A stretch of 64,000 nt of DNA from Candidatus Latescibacterota bacterium (GTDB lineage Bacteria > Latescibacterota > UBA2968 > UBA8231), in the NCBI GenBank assembly GCA_965200315.1, contig OZ241362.1, positions 3,328,001-3,392,000 on the forward strand. The letters run 5' to 3'. Below the pieces are notes generated by a model. That model was not told the DNA's origin and searched no databases. It saw only the letters and a list, made by a program, of their open reading frames with translations. A program made the translations under genes and the position numbers. Of the stretch, positions 49,377-59,550 are shown one piece after another (position 1 is the first letter of the stretch; every line of letters begins with the position of its first letter).

Positions 49377-50819
49377 ATGCCGGGAAGCAGCCGAGCGGTC
49401 ATCGGTCTTAGCGTCGTCCTGCTGCTCTTGTTGAGCGGTTGTGGGGCCGCCTATTCGGGCTATGTGTCCCATTCGCTCCGACAGCTAGAAAAGGGCAATT
49501 ACGAAGCGGCACTCGGCAAGCTCGAAAAGCCCTCCGGCAAGACCAACAAGCTGCTCTACCACTTGGAAAAAGGATTGATTTTGCACTATCAGGGCCAGTA
49601 CGAGGCGTCCAACGTGGAGTTTGAACGGGCCGAGCGGCTAAGCGATCAGCTCTATACCCGCTCGGTCTCGCGCGAAATCGCGGCCCTGCTGTCCAATGAT
49701 TCGGTTGTTGCCTACCGAGGCGAGGAGTTTGAGCTAGCCCTGATCCACTACTACCGAGCCATGAACTACGCCCGGCTGGGCGACCGGCAGGCGGCGTTAG
49801 TTGAGTGCCGCAAAGCCAACCTGAAGCTCGAAAACTACGCCCAACAGGCCGAGTACGAGCTCAGCTATAAAAACGACGCCTTTTTGCAGTACATGACCGG
49901 TCTCTTTTTTGAGGCTGAGGGCGAGTGGAACGACGCGTACATCGCCTACAAAGATGCCTTAAAGGGCTATCGTGCGTACGAAGCGGCCTTCGGTCTGCAA
50001 GCGCCGCGGATGCTGATAATTGACCTAGCGAGGCTGGCCAAGCGGCTGGGATACGAAGACGAGGTCGCGGAATACACCGAGCACTACCGGATCGAGCCAG
50101 AGGAGATGCGGCCGGCCTCTGGTGGTGAGTTGGTGGTTTTTGTCGAGAGCGGCTTTGTGCCCCGCAAGCACCAGGTCGAGTTCAGCGTACCGATTCTGGA
50201 GGACGAAGGGAAGTGGGAGGTATGGACGGTGTCGGAGCGGGCTGTCCATCGCTATCATCATCCGCACGTCTATAGGCGCAGGCACGTGGATTACTGGCTT
50301 AAAGTGGCGCTGCCCGAATACCGGGAGGTGCCCTCGCAGGTGGCCGGGGCGCGATTGCGCACTGGCGACCAGAGTGCGCTGGCGGCCACAGCCGAGGACT
50401 TGGATGCGATTGCCCAGCAGACCTTTACACAGAAATTCGATACCATCCTGCTGCGCACCGTCGCCCGCAACTTGGCCAAGTACTTGGCATCCAAGAGCAT
50501 TGAAAAAGCCTTTGAGGAGGACGACGACGCTGATGATGATGATAGCTCGGCCAAGGGGTTGGCCAAGGAGGGTTTGGGCAAAGCGCTGGGGGGCTTGGTC
50601 AACCTCTTCGGCGTAGCGACCGAGGCCGCCGATACGCGCGGCTGGCTGGCGCTACCACACGCCATCCGCATCGCCCGGCTGGCAGTGGCCCCAGGCACCG
50701 CCGCTCCAACCCTAGAGTTGCTCGACGCCGAGGGACGGGTCTTATCCGTAGAGACGCTGCCTGAAGTGGCGGTGGCGGCCGGAGAAAAGGTTTTCCTAAA
50801 CTTTCGTACTTTTCGCTGA
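49377..50819 (+). CDS. COG3014-like TPR lipoprotein
   Basis: Lipobox LSGC; LLYHLEKG, Y.GE.FE and TEAADTRGW..LP motifs. Confidence 0.8.
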   Translation: MPGSSRAVIGLSVVLLLLLSGCGAAYSGYVSHSLRQLEKGNYEAALGKLEKPSGKTNKLLYHLEKGLILHYQGQYEASNVEFERAERLSDQLYTRSVSREIAALLSNDSVVAYRGEEFELALIHYYRAMNYARLGDRQAALVECRKANLKLENYAQQAEYELSYKNDAFLQYMTGLFFEAEGEWNDAYIAYKDALKGYRAYEAAFGLQAPRMLIIDLARLAKRLGYEDEVAEYTEHYRIEPEEMRPASGGELVVFVESGFVPRKHQVEFSVPILEDEGKWEVWTVSERAVHRYHHPHVYRRRHVDYWLKVALPEYREVPSQVAGARLRTGDQSALAATAEDLDAIAQQTFTQKFDTILLRTVARNLAKYLASKSIEKAFEEDDDADDDDSSAKGLAKEGLGKALGGLVNLFGVATEAADTRGWLALPHAIRIARLAVAPGTAAPTLELLDAEGRVLSVETLPEVAVAAGEKVFLNFRTFR

Positions 50820-50832
50820 GGAGCAAACAGTT

Positions 50833-51672
50833 ATGTACGTCAAATTATGGATGGCCGCGCTGGCGTTGGTCCTGCCAGCCGCGGTGCAGCAGAGCACCTT
50901 GGCTGCTGACCGGGTCACGGACCCGTTGGCGGAAGGGGCGATTATCAATATCGTCGATTGGGACGGCGGCCAGCTCCCCAAACGCTACTATGAGCGCTCA
51001 GATCAACTACCAATGAGCCTCGACGATGTGCGCAAGCTGAGCGCGAACAAGTTCAGCACCGATGCGATCATCAAGATGCTCGAAGAGCGGCGCTGCGTCT
51101 GCGACGCCTCGGTAGATGCCTTGGTGGAGTTGAAAGAAGCCGGCGTCGCCGAGCAGGTAATCCAAGCGGTATCGCTCCACGCGCTGCCGCCCAACCGCTC
51201 ATTCGGGCTGACGATCGCCCTCGACTTCGAGGGCTTAGGCGGCGAGGCAACAGTATCGACGCAGGCGCGCAAGGGCTATCTCTATTTGATCGTGCCCGAC
51301 GGCGACAAGGAGCGGGTCTTTATCGGCAACTTGCAGGCGATCCTCGCCGGCCGTTGGCAGCGCGATGCACTGATCGACAACACCGATCTGCTGCTGCCCA
51401 AAAAGGTGCGGCGCGTGACCTTTGCCTCCGAGGTCCCGCTCAAGACCTACGGCCGCAAGAAGGCCCTAGTTTTTACCTCGACCAACCCGGATATCTACAC
51501 TTCAGCCGATATTCCCGAGGCCGACCGGGCAGGAGTGCAGGAGTTTGAGTTCGAGTATCCAGCCACGTCGCTGGAGCGCCAATGCAGCCTCCAGGTGCTC
51601 TACCGGCAGGACGCGATGCTGGCCAACCGCTGGCACTTAGTGCGCACCCATTTCCAATGCGAATGGGATTGA
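50833..51672 (+). CDS. Exported hypothetical protein
   Basis: Signal peptide, GAGGAG RBS, operonic position. Confidence 0.75.
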   Translation: MYVKLWMAALALVLPAAVQQSTLAADRVTDPLAEGAIINIVDWDGGQLPKRYYERSDQLPMSLDDVRKLSANKFSTDAIIKMLEERRCVCDASVDALVELKEAGVAEQVIQAVSLHALPPNRSFGLTIALDFEGLGGEATVSTQARKGYLYLIVPDGDKERVFIGNLQAILAGRWQRDALIDNTDLLLPKKVRRVTFASEVPLKTYGRKKALVFTSTNPDIYTSADIPEADRAGVQEFEFEYPATSLERQCSLQVLYRQDAMLANRWHLVRTHFQCEWD

Positions 51673-51686
51673 AAGGAGCTTATCCA

Positions 51687-52283
51687 ATGAGACTCTACGT
51701 TTTCGCGGCAGTCACCTTGGCCTTGGGGCTTGCGGCCTGTGGCGGCCCGCGGGCCTTTACCAAGGGCCAATACGGAGATCCAGAAGCGATCTCCATGCTC
51801 GACGACAAGTGGAACCAGAACGACATGCAGCTAGTCGCCAAGAAGATGATCAACTCAATGGAGGTCTGGACGGATGCCCGGGCGCTGGCTGAAAAGCCGG
51901 TCGTCATCCTAGAGATGCCGCGCAATAAGACCACCGAGCACATCGACATGCAGTCGCTGTACGACCATGTCAAGACCGCGCTCATCCAGAGTGGGCAGTT
52001 TACGTTCCTCGACAAGGCAGCGCGGCTAGAGATCGCCCAAGAGTACGAATACCAAGACTCGGGCTACGTGCGTCCAGACGAGGCTCAGGGGCCGGGCAAC
52101 CAGCGCGGTGCGCGCTTCTTGCTCGGCGGGGTCATCACTTCGACCGTGCAGCAGGTGGGCAACAACAAGGTCGTCTACTACAAGGCGACCTTTGAACTGA
52201 CCGACATCTCGACCACCGAGATCGTCTGGACCGACCACAAGGAAATCACCAAGCACTTCGAGAAAAAGAGCATCGGCTTCTAG
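51687..52283 (+). CDS. LpoB-like penicillin-binding protein activator lipoprotein
   Basis: Lipobox LAAC; NKTTEHID...SGQF.F and YY..TFELTD..T.EIVW motifs. Confidence 0.8.
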   Translation: MRLYVFAAVTLALGLAACGGPRAFTKGQYGDPEAISMLDDKWNQNDMQLVAKKMINSMEVWTDARALAEKPVVILEMPRNKTTEHIDMQSLYDHVKTALIQSGQFTFLDKAARLEIAQEYEYQDSGYVRPDEAQGPGNQRGARFLLGGVITSTVQQVGNNKVVYYKATFELTDISTTEIVWTDHKEITKHFEKKSIGF

Positions 52284-52300
52284 AGAAAGGAGCACGGAGC

Positions 52301-52837
52301 ATGAGACACATTGCACTGATCACCCTGCTGGCACTGGCCGTTGGAGCGCAAGCCGCGACGCGGGGGCGCACGGACGGCCCCGAAGGCAGCGAATACGGCA
52401 AGGGCGGCTACCACTACAAGGCCCAGTACGGCCGTTTCTACACCGAGGGCTTTTTGGGGGCGGCGATGGTGGAGAGCGAAGCCCCGGACACAGAGACCAA
52501 CCTCATTACGGGGCTTAATGCGGGCTACATGGTCGAGGAATGGCTGGCCTTTCAGGTGGGATTCGCCCACATCTTGGACCAAAACATCAACCTCTATGCC
52601 GGTGGAGTGCGCTCGGCCTACGTTACTCGGCCGTTCAACTACTACTTTTCGCTCGACGCCGAGTTGTACTCGCCCGAGATCGGCGGCACGCACTTCGGAA
52701 TCGTCCCGGGCGTTGGGGTCGAGGTGATGCTCAGCGACCACTTGCGGGCGGGCTTGCGCTTCCAGCGCGACTTTATCTTTGCCGACGACATGATCCACAT
52801 CAACCGCTTTACGGCGAAAATGCAGGTGGATTTTTAG
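52301..52837 (+). CDS. Small outer-membrane beta-barrel protein
   Basis: Signal peptide, amphipathic strands and C-terminal Phe. Confidence 0.7.
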   Translation: MRHIALITLLALAVGAQAATRGRTDGPEGSEYGKGGYHYKAQYGRFYTEGFLGAAMVESEAPDTETNLITGLNAGYMVEEWLAFQVGFAHILDQNINLYAGGVRSAYVTRPFNYYFSLDAELYSPEIGGTHFGIVPGVGVEVMLSDHLRAGLRFQRDFIFADDMIHINRFTAKMQVDF

Positions 52838-52856
52838 AGCACATCGCGTTGGTATT

Positions 52857-52896
52857 GCAAAAGGGCTGGCTTCCGCTGTGAAGCCGGCCCTTTTGC
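52857..52896. terminator. Bidirectional terminator
   Basis: GCAAAAGGGCTGGCTTC...GAAGCCGGCCCTTTTGC. Confidence 0.75.
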
Positions 52897-52904
52897 ATCG
52901 TATA

Positions 52905-53570
52905 TCACGCCAGATGCTCCATCCGCAGTTGCCGCGACCAGTCGAAGTACTCCTCTAGCCTCACTAGCTCGAATTCATCGACGATATCGGCTGCGGTGCG
53001 CTCCGCCGTCTCGCTGTAGATCACCGAAGTGCCCACCTGCCCGGTCGTGACAATGCGCACGGCCTCGCCGTACTGCCGATGGATATCGTCGAACTTGGCC
53101 TGATTTTTGTCGAGATGCACCACTTCGTAGTCCAAGTTGATACGCGCCGTGGCCCAACTCTGGTAGTTATTGCTCTGGGCTAGGGTGGTGCCCTGCGGAT
53201 CTATAATGGCGCAGGGCGTCCCCTTGTACACCGAGCCGACGAAAAAGGCCTGCACATCCAAAGCCCAAAAGTTCTGCACCAGCCCGCCGTGATACATGGA
53301 GCTGAAGAGCAGCAGTTTCGGCTTGAGCTTTTTGTACTGGGCGCGCAACTCCCCGAAGTTCAGGTCAAAACAGATCACCCCGCCCACTGGCCCGAATTCG
53401 GTCTGGATCAGGGATGCGCCTGGGCCCGGACGAGTGCCGTGGTCGAACTCTGGGTACACCGGAATGTACTTGCGGTAAATACCGGCTAGTTCCCCCTGCC
53501 GGCCGAGCAGTCCAAGGACGTTGAAAACCGCCCCACTCTTGCGCTCCTTTTGATGCACCGGCACGGTGAA
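52905..53570 (-). pseudogene. Carbon-nitrogen hydrolase, 5'-truncated
   Basis: YRK and GVICFDLNF are present; the N-terminal catalytic Glu segment and a credible start are absent. Confidence 0.6.
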
Positions 53571-53587
53571 GCACAAAACGCGAATAA

Positions 53588-54421
53588 TTATTTCGAGCGA
53601 TTCTCTTTGAGCCAACCGACCGCGAAGTCCACGACGTCTCGTTGTGGCACGAGCTGGCAATCTGCAAGACCAACCCGGCCACGGCGAACGACATGGCCTG
53701 CGTCTGATCGCAGAAAGTCTTCGCCGATGCGATCAAAATCTGAACTGTCGATGTCAACATCTTCAAAGGTAGCCCATCTCCGCGAATCCGACGTAGAGAT
53801 TGGCGCGCCCTGCTGGATGACGCGTTTGGTTGGAAAAGTCGCCCGATGTTCTGCGAGGTGCATAGACGTATTATTTCCGTGATCCACACCGAGAAGAAGG
53901 ACAAAACCGTGCAGGTCGTAGATTCTCGCAAGCGGCGAATGCTCGCCGAGCCCAAAGGCCAATGCGTGATTATCAGTGATGCGCGACGCTTGGGGGCCTT
54001 GGGGGCCACAGGCACAAAACGAGACCTGCGGATGTGCGCTGCGGAGGACGCCTCTTTGCTTGCGGAACGTCTCCGCGATAATGCCGATAGAACGAGTGGG
54101 GGTAAGCACGGGATCGAAGGCCGGCATGTTCTCGCGTATTACCGGCCACCACGACTCGGGGACGGGTGGACTTTCCCAACCGCTCGGTTCAGTTAGGTCG
54201 GGCGAGTGGGCGGGCATCACAAGTGTTCCAGCGGATCCTAATGCTTTCTGAAGGGCAACGATGACCGCCACAGTGCCTCCACACACCCATCCCATTGCAC
54301 TCAAGGAAGAATGCACCAATACGACCATCCCCGGTTTGACACCGAGCGCACGGAAGTCAGCTTGTAACGATTCGATTGTGGCGGGAACTTCTGTTTTTTG
54401 AACGATCTTTTTTTCACTCAT
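53588..54421 (-). CDS. AAC(3)/YokD-family N-acetyltransferase
   Basis: VHSSLSAMGWVCGG, RSAHP..SF, LLGVDH..NTSMHLAE motifs. Confidence 0.9.
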   Translation of the reverse strand: MSEKKIVQKTEVPATIESLQADFRALGVKPGMVVLVHSSLSAMGWVCGGTVAVIVALQKALGSAGTLVMPAHSPDLTEPSGWESPPVPESWWPVIRENMPAFDPVLTPTRSIGIIAETFRKQRGVLRSAHPQVSFCACGPQGPQASRITDNHALAFGLGEHSPLARIYDLHGFVLLLGVDHGNNTSMHLAEHRATFPTKRVIQQGAPISTSDSRRWATFEDVDIDSSDFDRIGEDFLRSDAGHVVRRGRVGLADCQLVPQRDVVDFAVGWLKENRSK

Positions 54422-55637
54422 TTCTCAGTTCCTTCAAAGCATCTATCAGTCGATCTACATGGTCAAAGCCGTTGCAGATGTGGGTGGAAACGCGCATCCA
54501 GTGTCCATCGTCGCTTTTTGCCGTCGGCGCAGTGATCCGGTGTCGCTTATAAAGATCTATATTGTCGAATCCAGAAAGGTGGAAGGCTGAGATGGAACCG
54601 GATAGGGCGGGTGCGGAGGGCGTGAGCTGTTTTGCCCAGCCAGTTGCAGCCAAGCGACCCCGCAGATAGGCCGCTAACTGGCGACCCCGTTGGCGAATCC
54701 GATCTTTGCCAATCGCCTCTTGAAATTCAACCGCTGTGCCGACGGCTGCAAAACAGGCTTGGTCCCGGGTACCCCAGTTTTCAAGACCCCACATAAATGG
54801 GCGGTCATTGATCCGCAGAATGCCATCTGCTCCCCTTTTCGCGCCTTCTCGGCTGTATCCCCAACTTACAACAACGTGATTGAGTTGCTCTTGTCCCGAA
54901 GGCGAAGCGTAAAGAAATCCAGTGCCTTTGGGCGCACACAGCCATTTGTGACAGTTGCCGCCGTAAAAGTCGCAGCCAAGATCCAGCAAGTCCAGCGGGA
55001 TCATGCCCGGAGCGTGTGCGCCATCTGCTACAACCAGCGCTCCGCGGTCGTGTGCAAGTCGGGCGAGGGCTTTGATTGGAGTAATCAGGCCCGTACCAGT
55101 GGTGATATGGCTGCACAAGACCAGCTTGGTGCGGTCTGTAAACTCGCGGTCAAAAGCGTCTAGGATATCTTCAGGGCGCTCGGGAGAGACGGAAATTTGG
55201 GCGCGTTTGACCACCACACCGCGTCGGCGTTCGGCCAGATGCAGACAGTTGTCAATAGCGCCGTACTCTTGGTTTGACGCTAGGATTTCGTCGCCCGGGT
55301 GCCAATCCAGTCCGTGTACTGCCATATTAATGGCTATAGTAACATTGGAAGCAAAAGCAATATCCTCTGCTGGCGCGTTGATAAAAGCACCCAGACGAGC
55401 GCGAGCGTCATCTACAACACTGGAATATTTTCCTCGATGCCGGGTGGGGCTGCGTTCAACATCCTCCAAGATTTCCATCATTTTCTCGAATACGGGTTTG
55501 GGCTGTGAGCCAAAAGAGCCGGTATTGAGATAGATTTCATCCGGCGCGATCATGTACTGGTTGCGAATCGACTGCCAGTAGGCTTCCTCTTTTGCCGAAG
55601 TCGGCCAGGCAGCGCAGAGATGGGTCAAGGGTTCCAT
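54414..55637 (-). CDS. Class V aminotransferase (isopenicillin N epimerase-like)
   Basis: YLNTGSFG, DGAHAPG, NCHKWLCAPKG and GTRD motifs. Confidence 0.88.
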   Translation of the reverse strand: MEPLTHLCAAWPTSAKEEAYWQSIRNQYMIAPDEIYLNTGSFGSQPKPVFEKMMEILEDVERSPTRHRGKYSSVVDDARARLGAFINAPAEDIAFASNVTIAINMAVHGLDWHPGDEILASNQEYGAIDNCLHLAERRRGVVVKRAQISVSPERPEDILDAFDREFTDRTKLVLCSHITTGTGLITPIKALARLAHDRGALVVADGAHAPGMIPLDLLDLGCDFYGGNCHKWLCAPKGTGFLYASPSGQEQLNHVVVSWGYSREGAKRGADGILRINDRPFMWGLENWGTRDQACFAAVGTAVEFQEAIGKDRIRQRGRQLAAYLRGRLAATGWAKQLTPSAPALSGSISAFHLSGFDNIDLYKRHRITAPTAKSDDGHWMRVSTHICNGFDHVDRLIDALKELRNE

Positions 55638-55646
55638 TTTCCTCTA

Positions 55647-56513
55647 TCAAGCGTCAAATGACAGCGATAATCCGTCAAATGCTATTCTGTAGCCATGTGC
55701 TGCGGCATACTCTTCCAGTTCGTCGTGCTCCAAGCATCCCTCATGTGAGATGTGAGTCGCGTAAGCCTTTGCGTTGTCCTTGAGAAGGCCGCTGCGCCGA
55801 AAGCGAACGACGTGGCCTATGACGTCAACGGATGCCAGATGATCCGGTGGGCTAACATCAAAGCCGATGCCGTACGTGTGATCGAGGACGAGCAAATCGA
55901 ACTGCGTGCCTGCAAGCAGAAGATGCTCCCATACCTGCTCCGATAGAACCGAGGTATCAGTACCGTAAAATATGGCGTGCTGGCCTTGCTCGATTGCGTA
56001 AAGTAGGCATCCCTTTTCGGTCCCGTGGTTCGCGGGATACCCTGTGAAGCGATAATCACCGACAACTTGAGTCTTGAACGGCTCGACGGTGAGCAGATTG
56101 ATCTTTAGGGCGCGCTGTGTGTCTTGATTGAAAATACTTCCGTATTCGCATCTGCTGCCCAAAACCTCATCAATAGACCTCAGCGCATCGCTTGAACCTG
56201 CGATAAGCATTTCTTGGGCGACGACCGTTGCGTATTCCTCGTGTCTCGACATGAGGAACTCGGGGTCAAAGTGGTCTGCGTGGGCGTGTGTCAATAGGCA
56301 GATACTAATGCCAGTTAGAGAAACGTCGTGGGCGAATGACGCTGTCGCTATGTCTGGACCAATATCCACAAGCAGGTCATCGTTGATTGCGATGGACGAC
56401 CGTCTGCGGAGGTTCTTGCCAGCGGCCCGCCTCGCGTCTGAGCACGCCTGACATACGCAGAAAGGCATAGGCATCGACGGCGCGGCTGATGTTCCGAGAA
56501 ACGTCACTTGCAA
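55647..56513 (-). CDS. MBL-fold metallo-hydrolase (PhnP-like)
   Basis: FLGTSAA, C.C..C, THAHADH and THISH motifs. Confidence 0.85.
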   Translation of the reverse strand: MQVTFLGTSAAPSMPMPFCVCQACSDARRAAGKNLRRRSSIAINDDLLVDIGPDIATASFAHDVSLTGISICLLTHAHADHFDPEFLMSRHEEYATVVAQEMLIAGSSDALRSIDEVLGSRCEYGSIFNQDTQRALKINLLTVEPFKTQVVGDYRFTGYPANHGTEKGCLLYAIEQGQHAIFYGTDTSVLSEQVWEHLLLAGTQFDLLVLDHTYGIGFDVSPPDHLASVDVIGHVVRFRRSGLLKDNAKAYATHISHEGCLEHDELEEYAAAHGYRIAFDGLSLSFDA

Positions 56514-56516
56514 AGC

Positions 56517-57278
56517 TTAGCCGGTCCCCGTCGTGGTGCAGAAGCAAAGCTGATGTCTAGAGTCCGGCCCAAAGGAGTCCCGGTCCCAGTTCCCGAACTT
56601 CTCCCTGACCTTCATCCCATTGTACTTTAGCAGGGCATCCAGTTCCTGTGGGAAATACATCCGGAGATTCAGACCGCCAACGACCTCATCAGAGTCCTCT
56701 CTGTAATGCACCATGCGTGCGATCTGGGTATCTGCTTCATACCTATATGACTGTGTCACTTGTATTTCTTGTCTAGTGTCATCGTCTGTGTAGCGAGAGA
56801 ATGGATACCGTCTGCTTGGGTCGCGATTGAGGATCGCCAGCTTAGGGACAAAGACGTCCAAAATGAAGTAACCACCCGGCGCGATATGACGCTTCACGCA
56901 GCGAATGCACCCCTCGAAATCCGCTAGGTCGTGCAGATGCCATAGTGCGTTAAATAGTAGTAAGACCGACCCGTATTGCCTACCGGCGTCAAAGCGGCGT
57001 ATATCGTCACAGAGCCAGTTGACCTTCACCTGTTTGCTTTCGGCCTTTGATCTGGCAAGGCTAAGCATCGGCTCTGAATGGTCGATCCCAGTGACCTCAA
57101 GGCCATACTCCGCCAAGGGGATCGCTATCCGGCCCGTTCCACAAGCAAGCTCAAGGACCCTTTCGCGGGAGGCGAGCTCAGCCAGAAACCAATCTGGAAG
57201 TGTAGCATACGTGCCGTAGTATTGATCGTATTTCTCTGGGGCCAGATAGTCTGCGTCGATTGATTCTTCTTTTTTCAT
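56517..57278 (-). CDS. Class I SAM-dependent methyltransferase
   Basis: VLELACGTGR motif I. Confidence 0.88.
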   Translation of the reverse strand: MKKEESIDADYLAPEKYDQYYGTYATLPDWFLAELASRERVLELACGTGRIAIPLAEYGLEVTGIDHSEPMLSLARSKAESKQVKVNWLCDDIRRFDAGRQYGSVLLLFNALWHLHDLADFEGCIRCVKRHIAPGGYFILDVFVPKLAILNRDPSRRYPFSRYTDDDTRQEIQVTQSYRYEADTQIARMVHYREDSDEVVGGLNLRMYFPQELDALLKYNGMKVREKFGNWDRDSFGPDSRHQLCFCTTTGTG

Positions 57279-57333
57279 TTCAGATATGGTTGTGCCAGTT
57301 TGCGAACCTATCCGTTCGGACGCGACTAACCTA

Positions 57334-58047
57334 TTAGATTTTTTCCAATAGCTCTCGGATCTTTTGGTTACAGGTTACTTCGACGGATCGTTGTCCTTGA
57401 TTATTTTTCGCATTTGGATCAGCTCCTTGCGCTAGCAGAAGTTTCACGCCCTTAAAATCCCCCTTTTCCGCAGCTCCATGCAGTGCAGTGTTATTTTTAG
57501 AGCTTCCGCGTTGATCAACTATAGGGCTATTAACATCGGCTCCATAATCGAGAAGCAGAGCAAGCATACTTGGACACTTGCGGTTAAAGGAGGTTGCGTG
57601 TTTGAGAGCATCCCAAGACACGGTTTGCGTTTCGCTCGGACCACTGCCAGCGATCAGTGCGCCGTTCTCCAATAAGAATTTCATACTATCTAGGGAACTA
57701 CCTTCGATAGCAAATATCAACGGCGGACCGTAGTCTTGAGTGACTCGATTCACGTCCGCGCCATGTTGAACGAGTAGCTCCATAGCAGCAACACAGCCAC
57801 CGCGCGTTGCTGCTCGACAAAGGGGGAAGTTGTGGTTTTCCATAACGTCGCCCCCTTTGGCGATTAGATAAGCGAGGACCTCTGCATGACCGCTCACGGC
57901 GGCTTGTGTCATCAGATAGCCGCTACGCCCCGCGCGAGGAAGGAGGGGCTCATGGAGAAGGTTAGGTTCTGTCTCGCCGATTTGTTTGACTGTGGACAAG
58001 TCGCCATTTTCAATCGCGTCTCTGAGTTTATCTCTGCTTTCGGTCAT
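57334..58047 (-). CDS. Ankyrin-repeat protein
   Basis: Repeats LLVQHGADVN, PLIFA, LLDYGADVN and TALHGAA..G...LLAQGADPN. Confidence 0.88.
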   Translation of the reverse strand: MTESRDKLRDAIENGDLSTVKQIGETEPNLLHEPLLPRAGRSGYLMTQAAVSGHAEVLAYLIAKGGDVMENHNFPLCRAATRGGCVAAMELLVQHGADVNRVTQDYGPPLIFAIEGSSLDSMKFLLENGALIAGSGPSETQTVSWDALKHATSFNRKCPSMLALLLDYGADVNSPIVDQRGSSKNNTALHGAAEKGDFKGVKLLLAQGADPNAKNNQGQRSVEVTCNQKIRELLEKI

Positions 58048-58120
58048 CGATATTCCTCTGTTACTCGATATGTGCAAAAAGGTGAAAGATTCCGAAAGCA
58101 AGAAGGACGACAGAACCATG

Positions 58121-58672
58121 TCAAGCAAATCGCCGTCCATCAGAGAAATTTATCCGTGCGGTAGGCAGGTCAAGCCGGAAGCAGATTTGTCGCCCTTCAT
58201 CTCGGACGCCACCATCGCGGATCCATCCCATGGCCTCGTAGAAAACGATCCCACGCTCATAGCCTTCTACGGTCCACAGTATCGCCTCAGCGTAGCCGTC
58301 CGCAACCAGATAACGCAAAGCGACAGACATCAGGGCCTTGCCAATGCCTGTGCGCCAGTACGATGGATCAACCGCGATCGTATCAAGTTCGCCGAGGTGT
58401 GCATCCACCGGATCCCGGCTGGGTCCAATGCCGGCGAACCCTACAATTGAACCCATACGCTCAGCTATCCACCAGCGATGTGGGACTGGCTGAGCAAGAT
58501 CATGACGCCAGCGTTCAATAAGGGCTGGCGTCACAGTTCTATCGGCCTGTGATAGCAGTGCGCCAAATCCAGAGTTCCACGAATCGATGTAAATCCTCAC
58601 TACAGTCTCGGCGTCAGCGGAGGTAGCGGATCGGAGCGTTGGTGATAATTCTCGTGTCCTGTCTGGTTTCAT
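58121..58672 (-). CDS. GNAT N-acetyltransferase
   Basis: VDPSYWRTGIGKAL and FYEAMGW motifs. Confidence 0.85.
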   Translation of the reverse strand: MKPDRTRELSPTLRSATSADAETVVRIYIDSWNSGFGALLSQADRTVTPALIERWRHDLAQPVPHRWWIAERMGSIVGFAGIGPSRDPVDAHLGELDTIAVDPSYWRTGIGKALMSVALRYLVADGYAEAILWTVEGYERGIVFYEAMGWIRDGGVRDEGRQICFRLDLPTARINFSDGRRFA

Positions 58673-59538
58673 CTATGTGCCGCAGCCCCCGGGAGCGGCC
58701 AATCCGTGCTAAATCCAGTCTGCGTTAGTATTTCGATCCCTCTCTCGATATGTAATCCAACTCCTGCAACCCCATGTGAATCGTCTCCCGGGACGCAAGG
58801 GACGCCAAGGTCCAGTGCCATTTCCAAGATAGATTTAGATACGTAAGGTTCAGATCCACCCTTTGCAAAGGCCCTGAGGTTGAAATCGAGAATCGCTCCA
58901 AGGTCCTTGATCTTCTCGAGGTTCCTCTGGATTCTCTCTTTGATCTTGGAGGTCTCTAAGCGCTGGCGATAGTCCTTGTCATGTATTCGAATGAGGTCAA
59001 AGTGTCCAACTACTTCGGGCTCTAGTTCCTCTACAAGCTCGTATTGTTGGTCGAAATATTCACAGAATAGCGCATCGATTCCTCCGGCCTCTTCTACGGC
59101 TTGGGCATACCATTCTGGCGGACCATCGATACATATATCCCTCACATGATGGACCGAGCCAACGATGTAGTCAGGTTGAAATCGATTCCGCAGACTGTTG
59201 ACGTGCGCTACGTAGCCAGTGTAACTCTCTGTTTCAAATCCGACTAATATCTGAATAGAATCTCGGTATTCCCTCTGGAGCCTGCGGGCGACCGAAAAGT
59301 ATTCTGCGAATCGTCCCAGCCTCGACTCAAGTGTCTGACCCTCTTCAATCTCATAGGGAAATAGGAAGTCGGCTGAAGCTGGCGGGATATGCTCGGTAAT
59401 GCCCACCCATTTGAAGCCTTTGTCAACGTAGGCACGCACGACTTCCTCAAGCGTGGAATCATTTGCATCGCCGAATTCTCTACTGTGTCCACCGTGGATG
59501 GACACGCGTACTGCCGAAGTGGTGTTTGGGGCCGTCAC
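58669..59538 (-). CDS. PHP-domain histidinol-phosphatase (HisJ/HisK family)
   Basis: HGGH, TEH, GSVHH, GHFDL and DDSH motifs. Confidence 0.82.
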   Translation of the reverse strand: MTAPNTTSAVRVSIHGGHSREFGDANDSTLEEVVRAYVDKGFKWVGITEHIPPASADFLFPYEIEEGQTLESRLGRFAEYFSVARRLQREYRDSIQILVGFETESYTGYVAHVNSLRNRFQPDYIVGSVHHVRDICIDGPPEWYAQAVEEAGGIDALFCEYFDQQYELVEELEPEVVGHFDLIRIHDKDYRQRLETSKIKERIQRNLEKIKDLGAILDFNLRAFAKGGSEPYVSKSILEMALDLGVPCVPGDDSHGVAGVGLHIERGIEILTQTGFSTDWPLPGAAAHR

Positions 59539-59550
59539 ATCAGGATAGTC

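Noticed and set aside
53991-54008. 9-bp tandem duplication (GPQGPQ) in the AAC(3)-like gene
   Set aside because: In-frame, two copies only; trivial slippage.
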